Positions 29,116-39,113 of a stretch of DNA of 64,000 nt are shown here, piece by piece (within the stretch, counting starts at the first letter, position 1; each line of letters starts with the position of its first letter). The stretch is from an uncultured Gammaproteobacteria bacterium (GTDB taxonomy: Bacteria; Patescibacteriota; Microgenomatia; Levybacterales; UBA12049). The notes beneath the pieces were generated by a model that saw nothing but the letters and a program-made list of their open reading frames with translations, made no database searches and was not told the origin of the DNA. Where the stretch lies: the NCBI GenBank assembly GCA_965230895.1, contig OZ246394.1, forward strand, positions 505,316 through 569,315, read 5' to 3'. The translations under genes were made by a program, and so were the position numbers.

Positions 29116-29889
29116 ATGGAATTATCAAAAGAATTTTTATTTGATCTACAAAAATCTACTGCACTGCTTGTTCAAGATGTAGGGAATTATGTATATGAAG
29201 AGTGGTTAAAAGAGCATACTGTTTCGTTTAAGGATTTTCGAGATGTAGCAACAGAAGTTGATGTTGAAGCGGAGCGAAGGTTGCGAAATGGTTTACAGAA
29301 ACTATATAGTGATGCTGGATTTATTGTTGAAGAAGGAGAAGATGCAAGAAAAGATTCTTTTAATTGGATCATTGATCCTCTTGATCAAACCAAAAAATAT
29401 GTAGCCAAGCTCCCACTCTTTTTTGTGCAAATTGGATTACTAGATAAAGATGGAGAGTGCATTTTAGGTCATATTTATAATCCCGTATCAAAACAACTTT
29501 TTTCAGCAAGCAAAGACAATGGTGCGTACTTAAATGATAAAAAGTTTATTACAGAAACACGAGATGAGTTTTCCAAAGCAATTGTTGATATTAATTTTAG
29601 TGGAAAGACTGATCTTCCATGGAAATTAGAAAAATTATCTCTTTTAGCAGAGAAATTCTACCGTATACAGATTTCATCAAATGCGTTTTCAGCATACATT
29701 CTCACAGGAGCAGTCGATTGCTTTGTTGCGTTAGCCGACTTAAAAGATCCTGTGGACATTCTTCCAAGAGTAATCATTATGAAAGAAGCAGGATTACAGA
29801 CAGAATATCTTGAAATTGAGGGAAGAAAATTATGGATTGTTGCTGCTCCAAAGCTTTTTGATGAAACGCTTGCTTTGCTAATGAAATAA
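29116..29889 (+). CDS. Inositol monophosphatase-like protein, divergent (DPLDQT)
   Basis: EVDVEAE and WIIDPLDQTKKY. Tandem paralog of the preceding gene. Confidence 0.7.
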   Translation: MELSKEFLFDLQKSTALLVQDVGNYVYEEWLKEHTVSFKDFRDVATEVDVEAERRLRNGLQKLYSDAGFIVEEGEDARKDSFNWIIDPLDQTKKYVAKLPLFFVQIGLLDKDGECILGHIYNPVSKQLFSASKDNGAYLNDKKFITETRDEFSKAIVDINFSGKTDLPWKLEKLSLLAEKFYRIQISSNAFSAYILTGAVDCFVALADLKDPVDILPRVIIMKEAGLQTEYLEIEGRKLWIVAAPKLFDETLALLMK

Positions 29890-29942
29890 CATCTTTAACA
29901 TACTGGTGGAACAAAGTTGAAGAACAAAAATCGAAGAAATAA

Positions 29943-30641
29943 CTACTGAAGATTTACAGAATATACCTTAAATCCATCATCCAAAAGGACACTTATACAA
30001 CTCCCTATTGAGAAAGAAGATGCATTTGAAACTGTTTGGAAAAGATATGCTGGGACGAGAAGCCCTTGTCCACTTTTATCCGCGGTAAAGCTGATATGCC
30101 AAGAAGCATCATTCTTTTCGACAAGTTTGCCATTGATTTGTTTAATATTACCCGATGATTTGGTAATGAAAGATGGTGGCAAATAGATAGTTGAACCTGC
30201 GACAAAAGGTCCGACCCCATTGAGCTGGAGTAACTCATTTACTCGTGATTCATCTTTTAATTGCTCTTTCGCAATAGATTGCATCGAATCTGATTCTTTT
30301 AAGACATATGGCGTAAGATATTCCCATTTTTGAGAAAGACCTGTTTTGGCACAAGTGTTATTTCCCAGGGTTGCGGTCTCATTTTGAGAAGCTGTTGGAG
30401 CATTGGAATCTGGTCCTACCACTGTACTTTGATTGTTTGCAACTGGAGCTTTTAGTGTTGATTCTTGGTTTGCTTGTGCACTGAGTACTTTCTCCGCAGT
30501 ATTTGGTTGGCTATCCACTGAACCTTTACCATAAAAATAGCCGAGAAACCCTACAAGAAAAAGAGAAATTACCCATAAGGAAGTCATCCAATACTTGGAA
30601 TCTCCAGAAGATTCCGAAGGCGTTTCAACTTTTTCTTCCAT
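29943..30641 (-). CDS. Hypothetical membrane-anchored protein with possible LysM-like segment
   Basis: N-terminal TM segment. YVLKESDSMQSIAKEQL is LysM-like. Confidence 0.4.
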   Translation of the reverse strand: MEEKVETPSESSGDSKYWMTSLWVISLFLVGFLGYFYGKGSVDSQPNTAEKVLSAQANQESTLKAPVANNQSTVVGPDSNAPTASQNETATLGNNTCAKTGLSQKWEYLTPYVLKESDSMQSIAKEQLKDESRVNELLQLNGVGPFVAGSTIYLPPSFITKSSGNIKQINGKLVEKNDASWHISFTADKSGQGLLVPAYLFQTVSNASSFSIGSCISVLLDDGFKVYSVNLQ

Positions 30642-30725
30642 TTCTTAAGTATTGCGTGATACGAATGGAAAGTCAAATGTAAACACATATTGACATAAAT
30701 ATACTTATATGTATAATATACGTAT

Positions 30726-31235
30726 ATGCCAAATAAAACAATTTACGTTAGTGATAATGACTTGCCTCTTTTTGACGAAGCGAAAGATATTGCCGGAGAA
30801 GCTGTCTCATCTGTTATCTCTCGTGCACTTCGAGAATATGTCAGTAGACACCGCAAAAAAGCTCAAGGGATGAAAGAGGTATCAGTACTCGTCGGTAAAG
30901 CAAATGCTGAACTTGAAAAGCGATTCGTCGCCGCAAAGATCGGTAATTGGAGTGGCTTTAGCGATGATAAAGAATGGTGGATGGAAGCAACGATCTATCG
31001 TACACAAAAAAATAATTGGGCAGTTAACCTCATAACAGTATGTAAAGCTAGTCTTCTTACAAATAAGCAAGCCTGGAAAGCAAGCGGAGATTATCTGACA
31101 AACCCTCGACATGCTGAACTTATTGTCGGATCTGATGAGAAAGACTTTATAAAGAAGCTTCCGGAAGATCTTTTAGGAATGCTCAGAAATCTTATGGAAA
31201 AAGACGAAAAGCCAGTCGAATTTTTGGATATTTAA
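30726..31235 (+). CDS. EXLDI-family protein (C-terminal EFLDI motif)
   Basis: Protein of about 170 aa ending in ...PVEFLDI. Confidence 0.5.
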   Translation: MPNKTIYVSDNDLPLFDEAKDIAGEAVSSVISRALREYVSRHRKKAQGMKEVSVLVGKANAELEKRFVAAKIGNWSGFSDDKEWWMEATIYRTQKNNWAVNLITVCKASLLTNKQAWKASGDYLTNPRHAELIVGSDEKDFIKKLPEDLLGMLRNLMEKDEKPVEFLDI

Positions 31236-31250
31236 AGGAGGTGAGATGAT

Positions 31251-31403
31251 ATGAATCACAAACATTTAAACGAACTACAGCAAATGCAAGACGCAGAGTA
31301 CGCAATGAGATGGTATGGATGGGGCTCACCTATTGGTTTGAGTATTTTCTTCCTCACACTCGTAGCAATCGCAGCAATTATCAAAATGGTTTTCTTTGCT
31401 TAA
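31251..31403 (+). CDS. Small (50 aa) membrane protein
   Basis: AAGGAGGTG RBS 8 nt upstream of the ATG. One TM helix. Not in the ORF track because it is under 60 aa. Confidence 0.5.
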   Translation: MNHKHLNELQQMQDAEYAMRWYGWGSPIGLSIFFLTLVAIAAIIKMVFFA

Positions 31404-31407
31404 AATG

Positions 31408-31432
31408 GAGAGCCGTTCCGGAGCGGCTCTTT
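31408..31432. terminator. Bidirectional intrinsic terminator hairpin between convergent genes
   Basis: gagagccg ttccggag cggctcttt. GC-rich stem. Confidence 0.5.
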
Positions 31433-31439
31433 AAGGCAA

Positions 31440-32690
31440 TTATTTCAGCATCAATTGTGCTAAACCTAAGAAGACAAAAAATCCAATCACATCAGTAGCT
31501 GTGGTGATAAAGATCGTTGCAGAAGACGCAGGATCCTTACCAAGAGATTTCATAATCATTGGCACGAGTGCTCCAAAGAATCCGGCATTAATTAAGTTAA
31601 TAATCATCGCAATTCCAAGTACCAAACCAAGGGCTGGGCTCTGATTAAAGACAGTTGCAATAACAGCGACGATGACACCATTGATCAAACCATTCACTCC
31701 CCCGGCAATCATTTCATTAATAATGAGTTTCTTACTTGTTCTGAGTTCTACTTCTTTCAAAACTAACCCACGAACAGCTACAGCAAGCGCTTGTGTGCCT
31801 GCATTCCCACCCATTCCAGCCACAATCGGCATATAAACCGCAAGTAATGTGAATTTAGAAATAGTATCTGAAAAAAGTCCCACAACTGAAGCCGCCATAA
31901 ATGCCGTTGCCAAGTTGATAATCAACCATTTGTAACGATACTTTACTTTTGTAAGTGGGCCATCCAATGAACTTTCTTCTTTAGCAACACCGGCAAAGCC
32001 ATACAAATCATGCATTGCGTGCTTATCAATCAATCGGAGTATTTCATTTGAGTGGATAATACCAAGAATATTTTCTTCTCCATCAAGTACAACAACTTTG
32101 TTGTGCGGATTCTTTACAAATGAATTGATAACTTTTGGCACTTCACTGTCATAACGAATGGATGGAATCCTCCGGATAAGTTTTTCATCAACTTCATTGG
32201 ATTTATGAAGAGCCAATGAATATCCTGGAAGTTCTCCAATAAGCTTATTGCCTTCAACCACAAGTATTGAAGGAAATTTTGCATTCTTTTTCTCGTAATC
32301 AGCAATTTCCTCAAGCACAGCAGATAATTTAGTATTTTTAGGAACGATAATGTAATTGAGATGCATTAATCCTGCTGCCGCTTTTGGATTAAATTTAAGG
32401 AGAAACTCAACCTTCTCGCGGACATAATCATTAAGTCGTTCAGTAATCTTTTTAGAACGACTTCCTTGAATTTCCTGAATAAGATCTGTTGCTTTATCTG
32501 GATCCAAAGGATTGAGAAAATTTAAAATTTCTTCGTCGGAAAGTTTTTGAAGCAAATCTCTTTGGATTCGGGTCGAAAGCTTAAGCAAGATATACCCTTG
32601 ACGGGCTGGTTCAATACCTTTAAATAACGTTAATCTTGTACTTGGAGAATTAACAAGCTGGTTTACAAGGCTTCGATCACTTAATGCCAT
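31440..32690 (-). CDS. mgtE: Magnesium transporter MgtE
   Basis: MgtE N-domain, tandem CBS domains, TM domain with GGNAGTQA. Confidence 0.9.
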   Translation of the reverse strand: MALSDRSLVNQLVNSPSTRLTLFKGIEPARQGYILLKLSTRIQRDLLQKLSDEEILNFLNPLDPDKATDLIQEIQGSRSKKITERLNDYVREKVEFLLKFNPKAAAGLMHLNYIIVPKNTKLSAVLEEIADYEKKNAKFPSILVVEGNKLIGELPGYSLALHKSNEVDEKLIRRIPSIRYDSEVPKVINSFVKNPHNKVVVLDGEENILGIIHSNEILRLIDKHAMHDLYGFAGVAKEESSLDGPLTKVKYRYKWLIINLATAFMAASVVGLFSDTISKFTLLAVYMPIVAGMGGNAGTQALAVAVRGLVLKEVELRTSKKLIINEMIAGGVNGLINGVIVAVIATVFNQSPALGLVLGIAMIINLINAGFFGALVPMIMKSLGKDPASSATIFITTATDVIGFFVFLGLAQLMLK

Positions 32691-32796
32691 AACTAATAAT
32701 AATTGTAGTACGTACTCTTGACTGATAGCAAGAGCTAATCGTTCGTTTTCTTATTAGGATTGACCTTCCAAATAATAAGTGTAAAATATACACCAC

Positions 32797-34596
32797 ATGC
32801 GCAAAGTATCTCTACCGATAAGCCGAACCATGAAGTTTCCTATCAGAAGACCATGGATACCTTATATTGTGTTTGTTATCTCACTTATTATCACTATCCT
32901 CGCAACTCTTTTTGTAATGCGCAGCGCTGAAGAACGCGATCGTCTCCGATTTCAAAGCGCTGTAGAACAAACACAAAATACTATTAATAATCGTGTTGAT
33001 ACATATATCGCACTGCTTCGAGGAGGGAGCGGATTACTCGCAGCTCGATCAGATATAACTGATGAAGAGTTCCGATTGTTTGTTGAACGATTACAGCTTA
33101 CCGAACGCTATCCGGGAATCCAAGGACTTGGGTATGCGCAACGAGTTCCAGCAGCTGAAAAAGAAAGTTTTGAGCAATACGCGAGAAGTGAAATTAAAGA
33201 AGATTTCACCATTAATCCTGAAGGTGAACGTGAAGAATATTACCCAGTTCTCTATCTTGAACCAAGAGATCATCTCACAAATGATCGAGCTCCAGGATTT
33301 GATGGCTTCTCTGACCCGATTAGAAGAAATGCTATGGAGAGAGCACGAGATACAGGTTTGAGTGCCGCTTCTGGCAAAGTATTATTATCACAAATCAACG
33401 GCCAGCAAAACCGTGCAGGTTTCTTAATATACTTGCCTGTTTACCAAAATGGCGAAGTACCAGAGACGCTGGCTGAAAAACGTGAGCAAATTGATGGATT
33501 TATATATAGTCCATTTCGAGCTGATACGTTATTCAAAGGGATTTTTGGAGACCAATCCCAACTACTTATAAACTTCCAAATTTATGATGGTATTTACACT
33601 AATGAAGCGCAATTGCTTCACGATTCTCGTACTGGCAGCAGCACTAATAGAAATGATAGCGAAGCTAATCCACGATATGTAACGAAAAGAACAATTGATA
33701 TTGCTGGTGAGAAATGGACAATTATATATGAGAATGATGCACAATTCGAAAACCAATCCCAACGTGGATTGGCTCCGTTTATCTTGGGCTTTGGATTGGT
33801 AATCAGCGGTGTACTCTTTATTTTAAGTAGAGCACAATTCCTTGCAAGAACAGCAGCGGAAAAGACGGCGGTTGAATTACTTAGTTCGCAGAAAGAGCTC
33901 CAAAAAGCTATCGGAATGCGTGATACATTTATCTCAGTAGCATCACATGAATTAAAGACTCCAGTCACCAGTTTGAATGTGTATTTGGAAGTTATGCTTC
34001 GACAATTCAAGAAAGAGAAAAATGAGTCAGCTGTCGTAAACCTTACCAAGATGAAAAAACAAATTGATAAGTTGACGGTGCTTATTCATGATTTGCTTGA
34101 TGTAACGAGAATTCAAACAGGCAAACTTGCTTTTGATGAAGAACTTTTTGATTTATCAGAAATTGTCCACGACATCGTAGAAAATACAAAACCGCTAGCA
34201 AATAAACATGAACTCATAATTGAGAAGAATGATCCAGTACAAGTTTGGGGTGATAAAGACAGGCTTGGACAAGTCATTAGTAATTTCTTAACAAACGCAA
34301 TAAAGTATTCTCCGGACGCGAATAAAATTATCATTCACTCAGAACACACAAAAGATACAGTTATGGTCTCTGTAAAAGACTTTGGTATTGGTATTGAACA
34401 ATCTCATCTTAAAAAGATCTTCAATCGTTTTTATCGCGTAACTGATAGAAATGTACAAACCTTCCCTGGTTTAGGAATCGGATTATATATCTGCCATGAA
34501 ATTATCAAGCGCCATGGTGGAGAAATCAAAGTTGAAAGTAAAAAAGGGAAAGGTTCCCTCTTTAGCTTCTCAATCCCTCTAAAGAAAAAAAGATAA
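32797..34596 (+). CDS. Sensor histidine kinase with extracellular CHASE domain
   Basis: CHASE region (GYAQRVPAAEKESFE...YPVLYLEP), HisKA SVASHELKTPVTS, HATPase_c GLGIGLYICHEIIKRHGG. Confidence 0.85.
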   Translation: MRKVSLPISRTMKFPIRRPWIPYIVFVISLIITILATLFVMRSAEERDRLRFQSAVEQTQNTINNRVDTYIALLRGGSGLLAARSDITDEEFRLFVERLQLTERYPGIQGLGYAQRVPAAEKESFEQYARSEIKEDFTINPEGEREEYYPVLYLEPRDHLTNDRAPGFDGFSDPIRRNAMERARDTGLSAASGKVLLSQINGQQNRAGFLIYLPVYQNGEVPETLAEKREQIDGFIYSPFRADTLFKGIFGDQSQLLINFQIYDGIYTNEAQLLHDSRTGSSTNRNDSEANPRYVTKRTIDIAGEKWTIIYENDAQFENQSQRGLAPFILGFGLVISGVLFILSRAQFLARTAAEKTAVELLSSQKELQKAIGMRDTFISVASHELKTPVTSLNVYLEVMLRQFKKEKNESAVVNLTKMKKQIDKLTVLIHDLLDVTRIQTGKLAFDEELFDLSEIVHDIVENTKPLANKHELIIEKNDPVQVWGDKDRLGQVISNFLTNAIKYSPDANKIIIHSEHTKDTVMVSVKDFGIGIEQSHLKKIFNRFYRVTDRNVQTFPGLGIGLYICHEIIKRHGGEIKVESKKGKGSLFSFSIPLKKKR

Positions 34597-34629
34597 AGTT
34601 TGTCTTATTTGTTATAATAAATCGACTCT

Positions 34630-35919
34630 ATGGAGATTCTTATCGTTATATTCTTAATTATTCTTAACGGGATCTTCGCCATGGCTGAGATTGCAATCGT
34701 ATCATCTCGCAAATCAAAACTCCAACATCTAGCAAACGAAGGAAGTAAACGAGCTCAAGCTGCATTAGAACTATCAAAAAATCCTAACAGGTTCTTATCA
34801 ACCGTTCAGATTGGAATTACACTTATTGGCATATTTGCAGGTGCATTTGGAGGTGCGACTATTGCTGAAAGTTTGTCTGAACAACTTAAGAATATTCCTT
34901 CGATAGCTCAGTATAGTGATGCAGTCGCACTCGGTATTGTGGTAACAGTCATCACTTATCTCTCACTTATTATTGGAGAGCTCGTTCCTAAAAGACTTGC
35001 ACTCTCCCACCCTGAACGATTTGCAATTATTCTTGCACGTCCAATGAATCTTGTTTCTCAGATCACGGCTCCGCTCGTTACACTATTGAGTGTTTCAACC
35101 GATGTCATTCTCCGGATTTTGCGAATCAAGCCAAACACTGAACCATCCGTCAGCGATGAGGAAGTAAGCATGCTTCTGAGAGAAGGTACACAAGTTGGAG
35201 TTTTTGAAATAGCAGAGAAGGACATTGTTGAAAGAACTTTAAAGCTTGGAGATAAAAGAATTCCAGCACTCATGACCCCACGAAAAGAAATTGTCTGGAT
35301 TGATATTGATAGTTCGATGAGAACGATACGAAATACTATTCTTGAATCTTCACTTGCATACTATCCAGTTTGCCGTGACAGTTTGGATAAAGTTGTAGGT
35401 ATCGTTCGATCAGAAGATGTTTTAAGGACCTTTTTAATGGATGAAAAAGTTGACTTAAAGAAATTTCTTATTAAGCCAGTCTTTATTCCTGAAAGTATGG
35501 ATCCATTACAAGTACTTGAAAACTTCAAGAAAACTGGTGTGCATACTGCTTTAGTAATTGATGAATTTGGGAATGTACAGGGACTTTTATCACTCAATGA
35601 TATCCTTGAAGCGATAGTCGGAGACATACCGTCAGTAAATGATATTGATGAAGCAGAGATTGTAAAACGGGATGACAATAGCTGGTTGTTAGATGGTTTA
35701 CTCTCTATTGATGAATTTAAAGAACATTTCCATATTAAGAAGTTACCTGAAGAAAAAGCTGGAGTATTCCATACAATTGGAGGTTTTGTAATGCATCACC
35801 TAGGAAAAATTCCAAATACAGGTGATACTTTTGAATGGGACAAGTTCATTTTTGAAATCGTAGATATGGATGGAAATCGAGTAGATAAAGTGCTTTTGAC
35901 GAAGAAGTTAGAGAAGTAA
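34630..35919 (+). CDS. Hemolysin-family protein (DUF21-CBS-CorC_HlyC transporter-associated)
   Basis: N-terminal 4-TM DUF21, CBS pair, C-terminal CorC_HlyC domain. Confidence 0.85.
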   Translation: MEILIVIFLIILNGIFAMAEIAIVSSRKSKLQHLANEGSKRAQAALELSKNPNRFLSTVQIGITLIGIFAGAFGGATIAESLSEQLKNIPSIAQYSDAVALGIVVTVITYLSLIIGELVPKRLALSHPERFAIILARPMNLVSQITAPLVTLLSVSTDVILRILRIKPNTEPSVSDEEVSMLLREGTQVGVFEIAEKDIVERTLKLGDKRIPALMTPRKEIVWIDIDSSMRTIRNTILESSLAYYPVCRDSLDKVVGIVRSEDVLRTFLMDEKVDLKKFLIKPVFIPESMDPLQVLENFKKTGVHTALVIDEFGNVQGLLSLNDILEAIVGDIPSVNDIDEAEIVKRDDNSWLLDGLLSIDEFKEHFHIKKLPEEKAGVFHTIGGFVMHHLGKIPNTGDTFEWDKFIFEIVDMDGNRVDKVLLTKKLEK

Positions 35920-36684
35920 TTACTTTTTATTTTTTACTTTGTCTACTAATTTTCGAAAAGCCAAAGTTTTCTCTAGTACGACTGCTGTAATGAACACAAA
36001 AAATCCGGCGATATAACCAGCGAGCACATCACTTGGATAATGCACACCTAAGTACACTCTACTGAACCCTACAAAAAGAATAAGAAATGCAGAGATAATG
36101 ACAGCAATCACACTTAAAAGTTTCTTACGAGTAAAGTGATAAATGTAGTAAGAAAGCACTGAGTAAAAAATAAATGCGTTCATAGAATGACCCGATGGAA
36201 AGCTATACGAATCCATAATCATCAGTGGATCAAAATCAGGTCTTGGTCTTTGAAAAATAACTTTTAATATATTATTTAAAAGCACGCCTACCACAAGGAT
36301 TACGATAAACAAGATTGCTTCCCTTTTATGATCTTTCCACGCTAATCCCACAGCAAATAAACTTGCAATAACCAATGTAAATTCCGCACCAAGCATGGTT
36401 CCAAAAACCATAAATTGATTAAATTCTGGAGATCTAAAGGAATAAATATAATGAGAAAGTGCTGTATCAAGAGATTGTGTTTCAAGCTCAAGTACGTCTT
36501 TTGCGATATCTGCAAAAAGGATTAATGAACCGAGACTCAAGATAATACCGATAATTATCTCGATGTAAATTACATGCAGTGATTTCTTTTGAGTGATTTT
36601 CGAAAGATGTTTTGTTATGACTTGTTTACTCATCTTTCTATTATAGCTTGTAGAAACAATTTTAGCTAAGAGTTCATTCCCCAT
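35920..36684 (-). CDS. PAP2 family phosphatase
   Basis: KxxxxxxRP, PSGH and SRxxxxxHxxxD motifs (FQRPRP, SFPSGHS, SRVYLGVHYPSD). Confidence 0.85.
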   Translation of the reverse strand: MGNELLAKIVSTSYNRKMSKQVITKHLSKITQKKSLHVIYIEIIIGIILSLGSLILFADIAKDVLELETQSLDTALSHYIYSFRSPEFNQFMVFGTMLGAEFTLVIASLFAVGLAWKDHKREAILFIVILVVGVLLNNILKVIFQRPRPDFDPLMIMDSYSFPSGHSMNAFIFYSVLSYYIYHFTRKKLLSVIAVIISAFLILFVGFSRVYLGVHYPSDVLAGYIAGFFVFITAVVLEKTLAFRKLVDKVKNKK

Positions 36685-36980
36685 TTTTCAAGAGACTTGA
36701 AGACGCCACTTAATGATTTTCCTTTTTCAGTCAAAGAATATTCTACATGTAATGGGACTTCCGCAAAGACATGCTTATCAATAATGTTCTCTTGCTCAAG
36801 CTCTTGAAGACGTTGCGACAGTGTCTTCGGGCTTATCCCCGGCAATGCACGCTGCAATTCTCCGAAACGATTTTTACCTTCAAATAGATTATGCAACAAG
36901 AGCATAGTCCATTTACTTCCGATAACTTTGAGTGTTTTGGCAACTGCACAGTGATTTAAATCATTACATTGATTTTTCAT
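36666..36980 (-). CDS. HxlR-family transcriptional regulator
   Basis: CAVAKTLKVIGSKWTMLLLHNL...FGELQRAL matches the HxlR wHTH signature. Confidence 0.85.
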   Translation of the reverse strand: MKNQCNDLNHCAVAKTLKVIGSKWTMLLLHNLFEGKNRFGELQRALPGISPKTLSQRLQELEQENIIDKHVFAEVPLHVEYSLTEKGKSLSGVFKSLEKWGMNS

Positions 36981-37078
36981 ACTTCATTTTTTGTAAGTAC
37001 TTTACTAAAGAAAGTTACAATGTTAGTATAACAATATATTAGTGAATAATCAACTAATACAAAAGGAGGTGATACATA

Positions 37079-37693
37079 ATGGATTGGAATACAGTAGCAG
37101 ATCAACAAACACTTGACACTACAGCCGCTGCTTTGAAGGCAAATGGGGTAAATGCAATCATCGTTGAGACTGGCGAAGAGGCAAAAGTGAAAGCATTGGA
37201 GTTATTACCTAAAGGATCTGAAGTTATGACAATGACTTCAGAAACACTCCGAACCCTCGGACTAGAATCTGAAATTAATGATTCGGGTAATTATGATGCG
37301 GTCAAACCAAAACTTGTGAAAATGGATAGAGTAACACAAGCAAGTGAAATGAATAAACTTGGAGCAGGAGCGGACTATTCAATTGGCAGTGTTCACGCTG
37401 TAACACAAGACGGAAAAGTTGTTGTCGCATCAAACTCTGGTAGTCAATTACCTGGATATGTGTATGGTTCACCACATGTTATTTGGGTAGTAGGAGGACA
37501 AAAGGTTGTTAAAAACCTTGACGAAGCAATGACAAGAATTTACGACCATGTTGTTCCTTTGGAAGGAGAACGTGCAAATAAAGCATACAATATTACAACA
37601 GGAACTAATCTCAGTAAACTCTTTATCCTCAATAAAGAAATAAACCCTGAAAGAATTACCATGATTTTGGTAAAAGAAAAACTTGGTTTCTAA
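37079..37693 (+). CDS. LUD-domain (LutC/YkgG-like) protein
   Basis: About 200 aa with a LutC-like Gly-rich segment. Moderate similarity only. Confidence 0.45.
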   Translation: MDWNTVADQQTLDTTAAALKANGVNAIIVETGEEAKVKALELLPKGSEVMTMTSETLRTLGLESEINDSGNYDAVKPKLVKMDRVTQASEMNKLGAGADYSIGSVHAVTQDGKVVVASNSGSQLPGYVYGSPHVIWVVGGQKVVKNLDEAMTRIYDHVVPLEGERANKAYNITTGTNLSKLFILNKEINPERITMILVKEKLGF

Positions 37694-37707
37694 TCTCACA
37701 AAGCTTT

Positions 37708-37734
37708 ACCCTCTCCCGCAAAGGAGAGGGTTTA
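37708..37734. terminator. Bidirectional intrinsic terminator (perfect 9-bp stem)
   Basis: accctctcc cgcaaa ggagagggt followed by ttt. Lies between convergent gene ends. Confidence 0.7.
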
Positions 37735-37749
37735 GTGAGAAAAATCCAC

Positions 37750-39108
37750 TTAAGAATATCGATCAATGTATTCTTTTACTTTGAATTTAGATTTTGCTCC
37801 GTTATAACTCATATAACGAATTTTGCCAAAAATCGCTCTTTCGAACCATGCTCTATCATGAACTCCTCCAATACTCCACGCAATCCCTGTGTAACCATTT
37901 GGATCTCTGCCATCCAAAAAATATTTATCATTGAGAACGTTGGTATGCTTTTGTGCTTCGTCTGCATTTTTGCTCCATTCAAATATCTTCTTTGCCCAAT
38001 ACATGCGCATATACCCGTGCATTTTCCCTCGTGACATCATTTCTTTTTGTGCAGCGTTCCATAAAGGATCATGTGTCTCTGCTCGCTCCAATTCTTTTAA
38101 AGAGTAAATGAATTCTCTTTTGTCTTCTTTATGTTTTTCGTGTGTTTCTTTGGACCAATTTGGATAGCCAATTGGCTTATCATAATTGGCATTGTAGAAA
38201 CAAAAATTGTCTGACAATTCTTTTCGTACAATTAATTCTTCGAGAAACGCTTCTTTTGATTTCGTATGCTCTTTTACATTTTCCATTTCTAACGCTATTC
38301 TTTGTGTTGAAATATGGCCAAAGTGGATATACGGACTAAGCATCGATTGGGCTGATTTGGTGGGATCATTCCTTTCCTCATCATATTTGGCAAGTCTCTT
38401 TTCAATGAAATCCTGCAGCATATTTTCTGCTGCTTCTTCACCAGATTTACACCATTCAATTGCTGGAACAGAATCATCTACCTTAATTGAGGAAGCAATC
38501 TCCTTCCAATCATTCTTTTGCAAAGAAAGTGCAGATCTCGTTTGTTTTTCTAACTTTGGGAAAGAGACAAGAAACTCTTGCAGATGAAAATGAATCTTTG
38601 GACGTAAGGTATATGCCCCAAACTCTTGTTTTGGAGAAGCAATCCAACAAGGGACAATATTATGCGCATCAACTTCATAAAAAGGAACTTTGATCTCTGA
38701 TGCAATTGCGTTATTCCAATTTTGTTTCCAACGCAATGGGTTAAAGTCTGTAAATAAAGCGCCTACATTATTCTTCTTTATAAACTTCGGGATTTCGTCT
38801 TTAGGATCACCGATTAAAAAATAAAAAGGAATATTCTTTTTTGCTAAATGATGTTCTACTTCTTCCAATCCTTGGAGCATGAACTCCACGAGCCGTTCTG
38901 TGTTATTAGCAAATTTCTTTCGTAAACAAAAAACAACTGCAACTGAAGTATTTTTTTCTTTTGCGAATTCGATAGCATGCAATAAAGCCCAATTGTCAAA
39001 AGCTCGTTGGTCTCTACTCATCCAATAAATAACTGAACCTGATTTGTATTCATGATTATTGAGTTCTCTAACGCGTTTGCTATTCATGAGGTTAGTATAC
39101 AATGACAA
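37750..39108 (-). CDS. Deoxyribodipyrimidine photolyase, class II-like
   Basis: VIYWMSRDQRAFDNWALLHA N-terminal motif, FAD-binding C-terminal domain, about 450 aa. Confidence 0.8.
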   Translation of the reverse strand: MSLYTNLMNSKRVRELNNHEYKSGSVIYWMSRDQRAFDNWALLHAIEFAKEKNTSVAVVFCLRKKFANNTERLVEFMLQGLEEVEHHLAKKNIPFYFLIGDPKDEIPKFIKKNNVGALFTDFNPLRWKQNWNNAIASEIKVPFYEVDAHNIVPCWIASPKQEFGAYTLRPKIHFHLQEFLVSFPKLEKQTRSALSLQKNDWKEIASSIKVDDSVPAIEWCKSGEEAAENMLQDFIEKRLAKYDEERNDPTKSAQSMLSPYIHFGHISTQRIALEMENVKEHTKSKEAFLEELIVRKELSDNFCFYNANYDKPIGYPNWSKETHEKHKEDKREFIYSLKELERAETHDPLWNAAQKEMMSRGKMHGYMRMYWAKKIFEWSKNADEAQKHTNVLNDKYFLDGRDPNGYTGIAWSIGGVHDRAWFERAIFGKIRYMSYNGAKSKFKVKEYIDRYS

Positions 39109-39113
39109 TGAAA

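Noticed and set aside
32691-32796. Possible M-box (Mg) riboswitch upstream of mgtE
   Set aside because: Only about 100 nt of shared divergent intergenic DNA, too short for the roughly 160-nt M-box. No recognisable conserved M-box helices seen.
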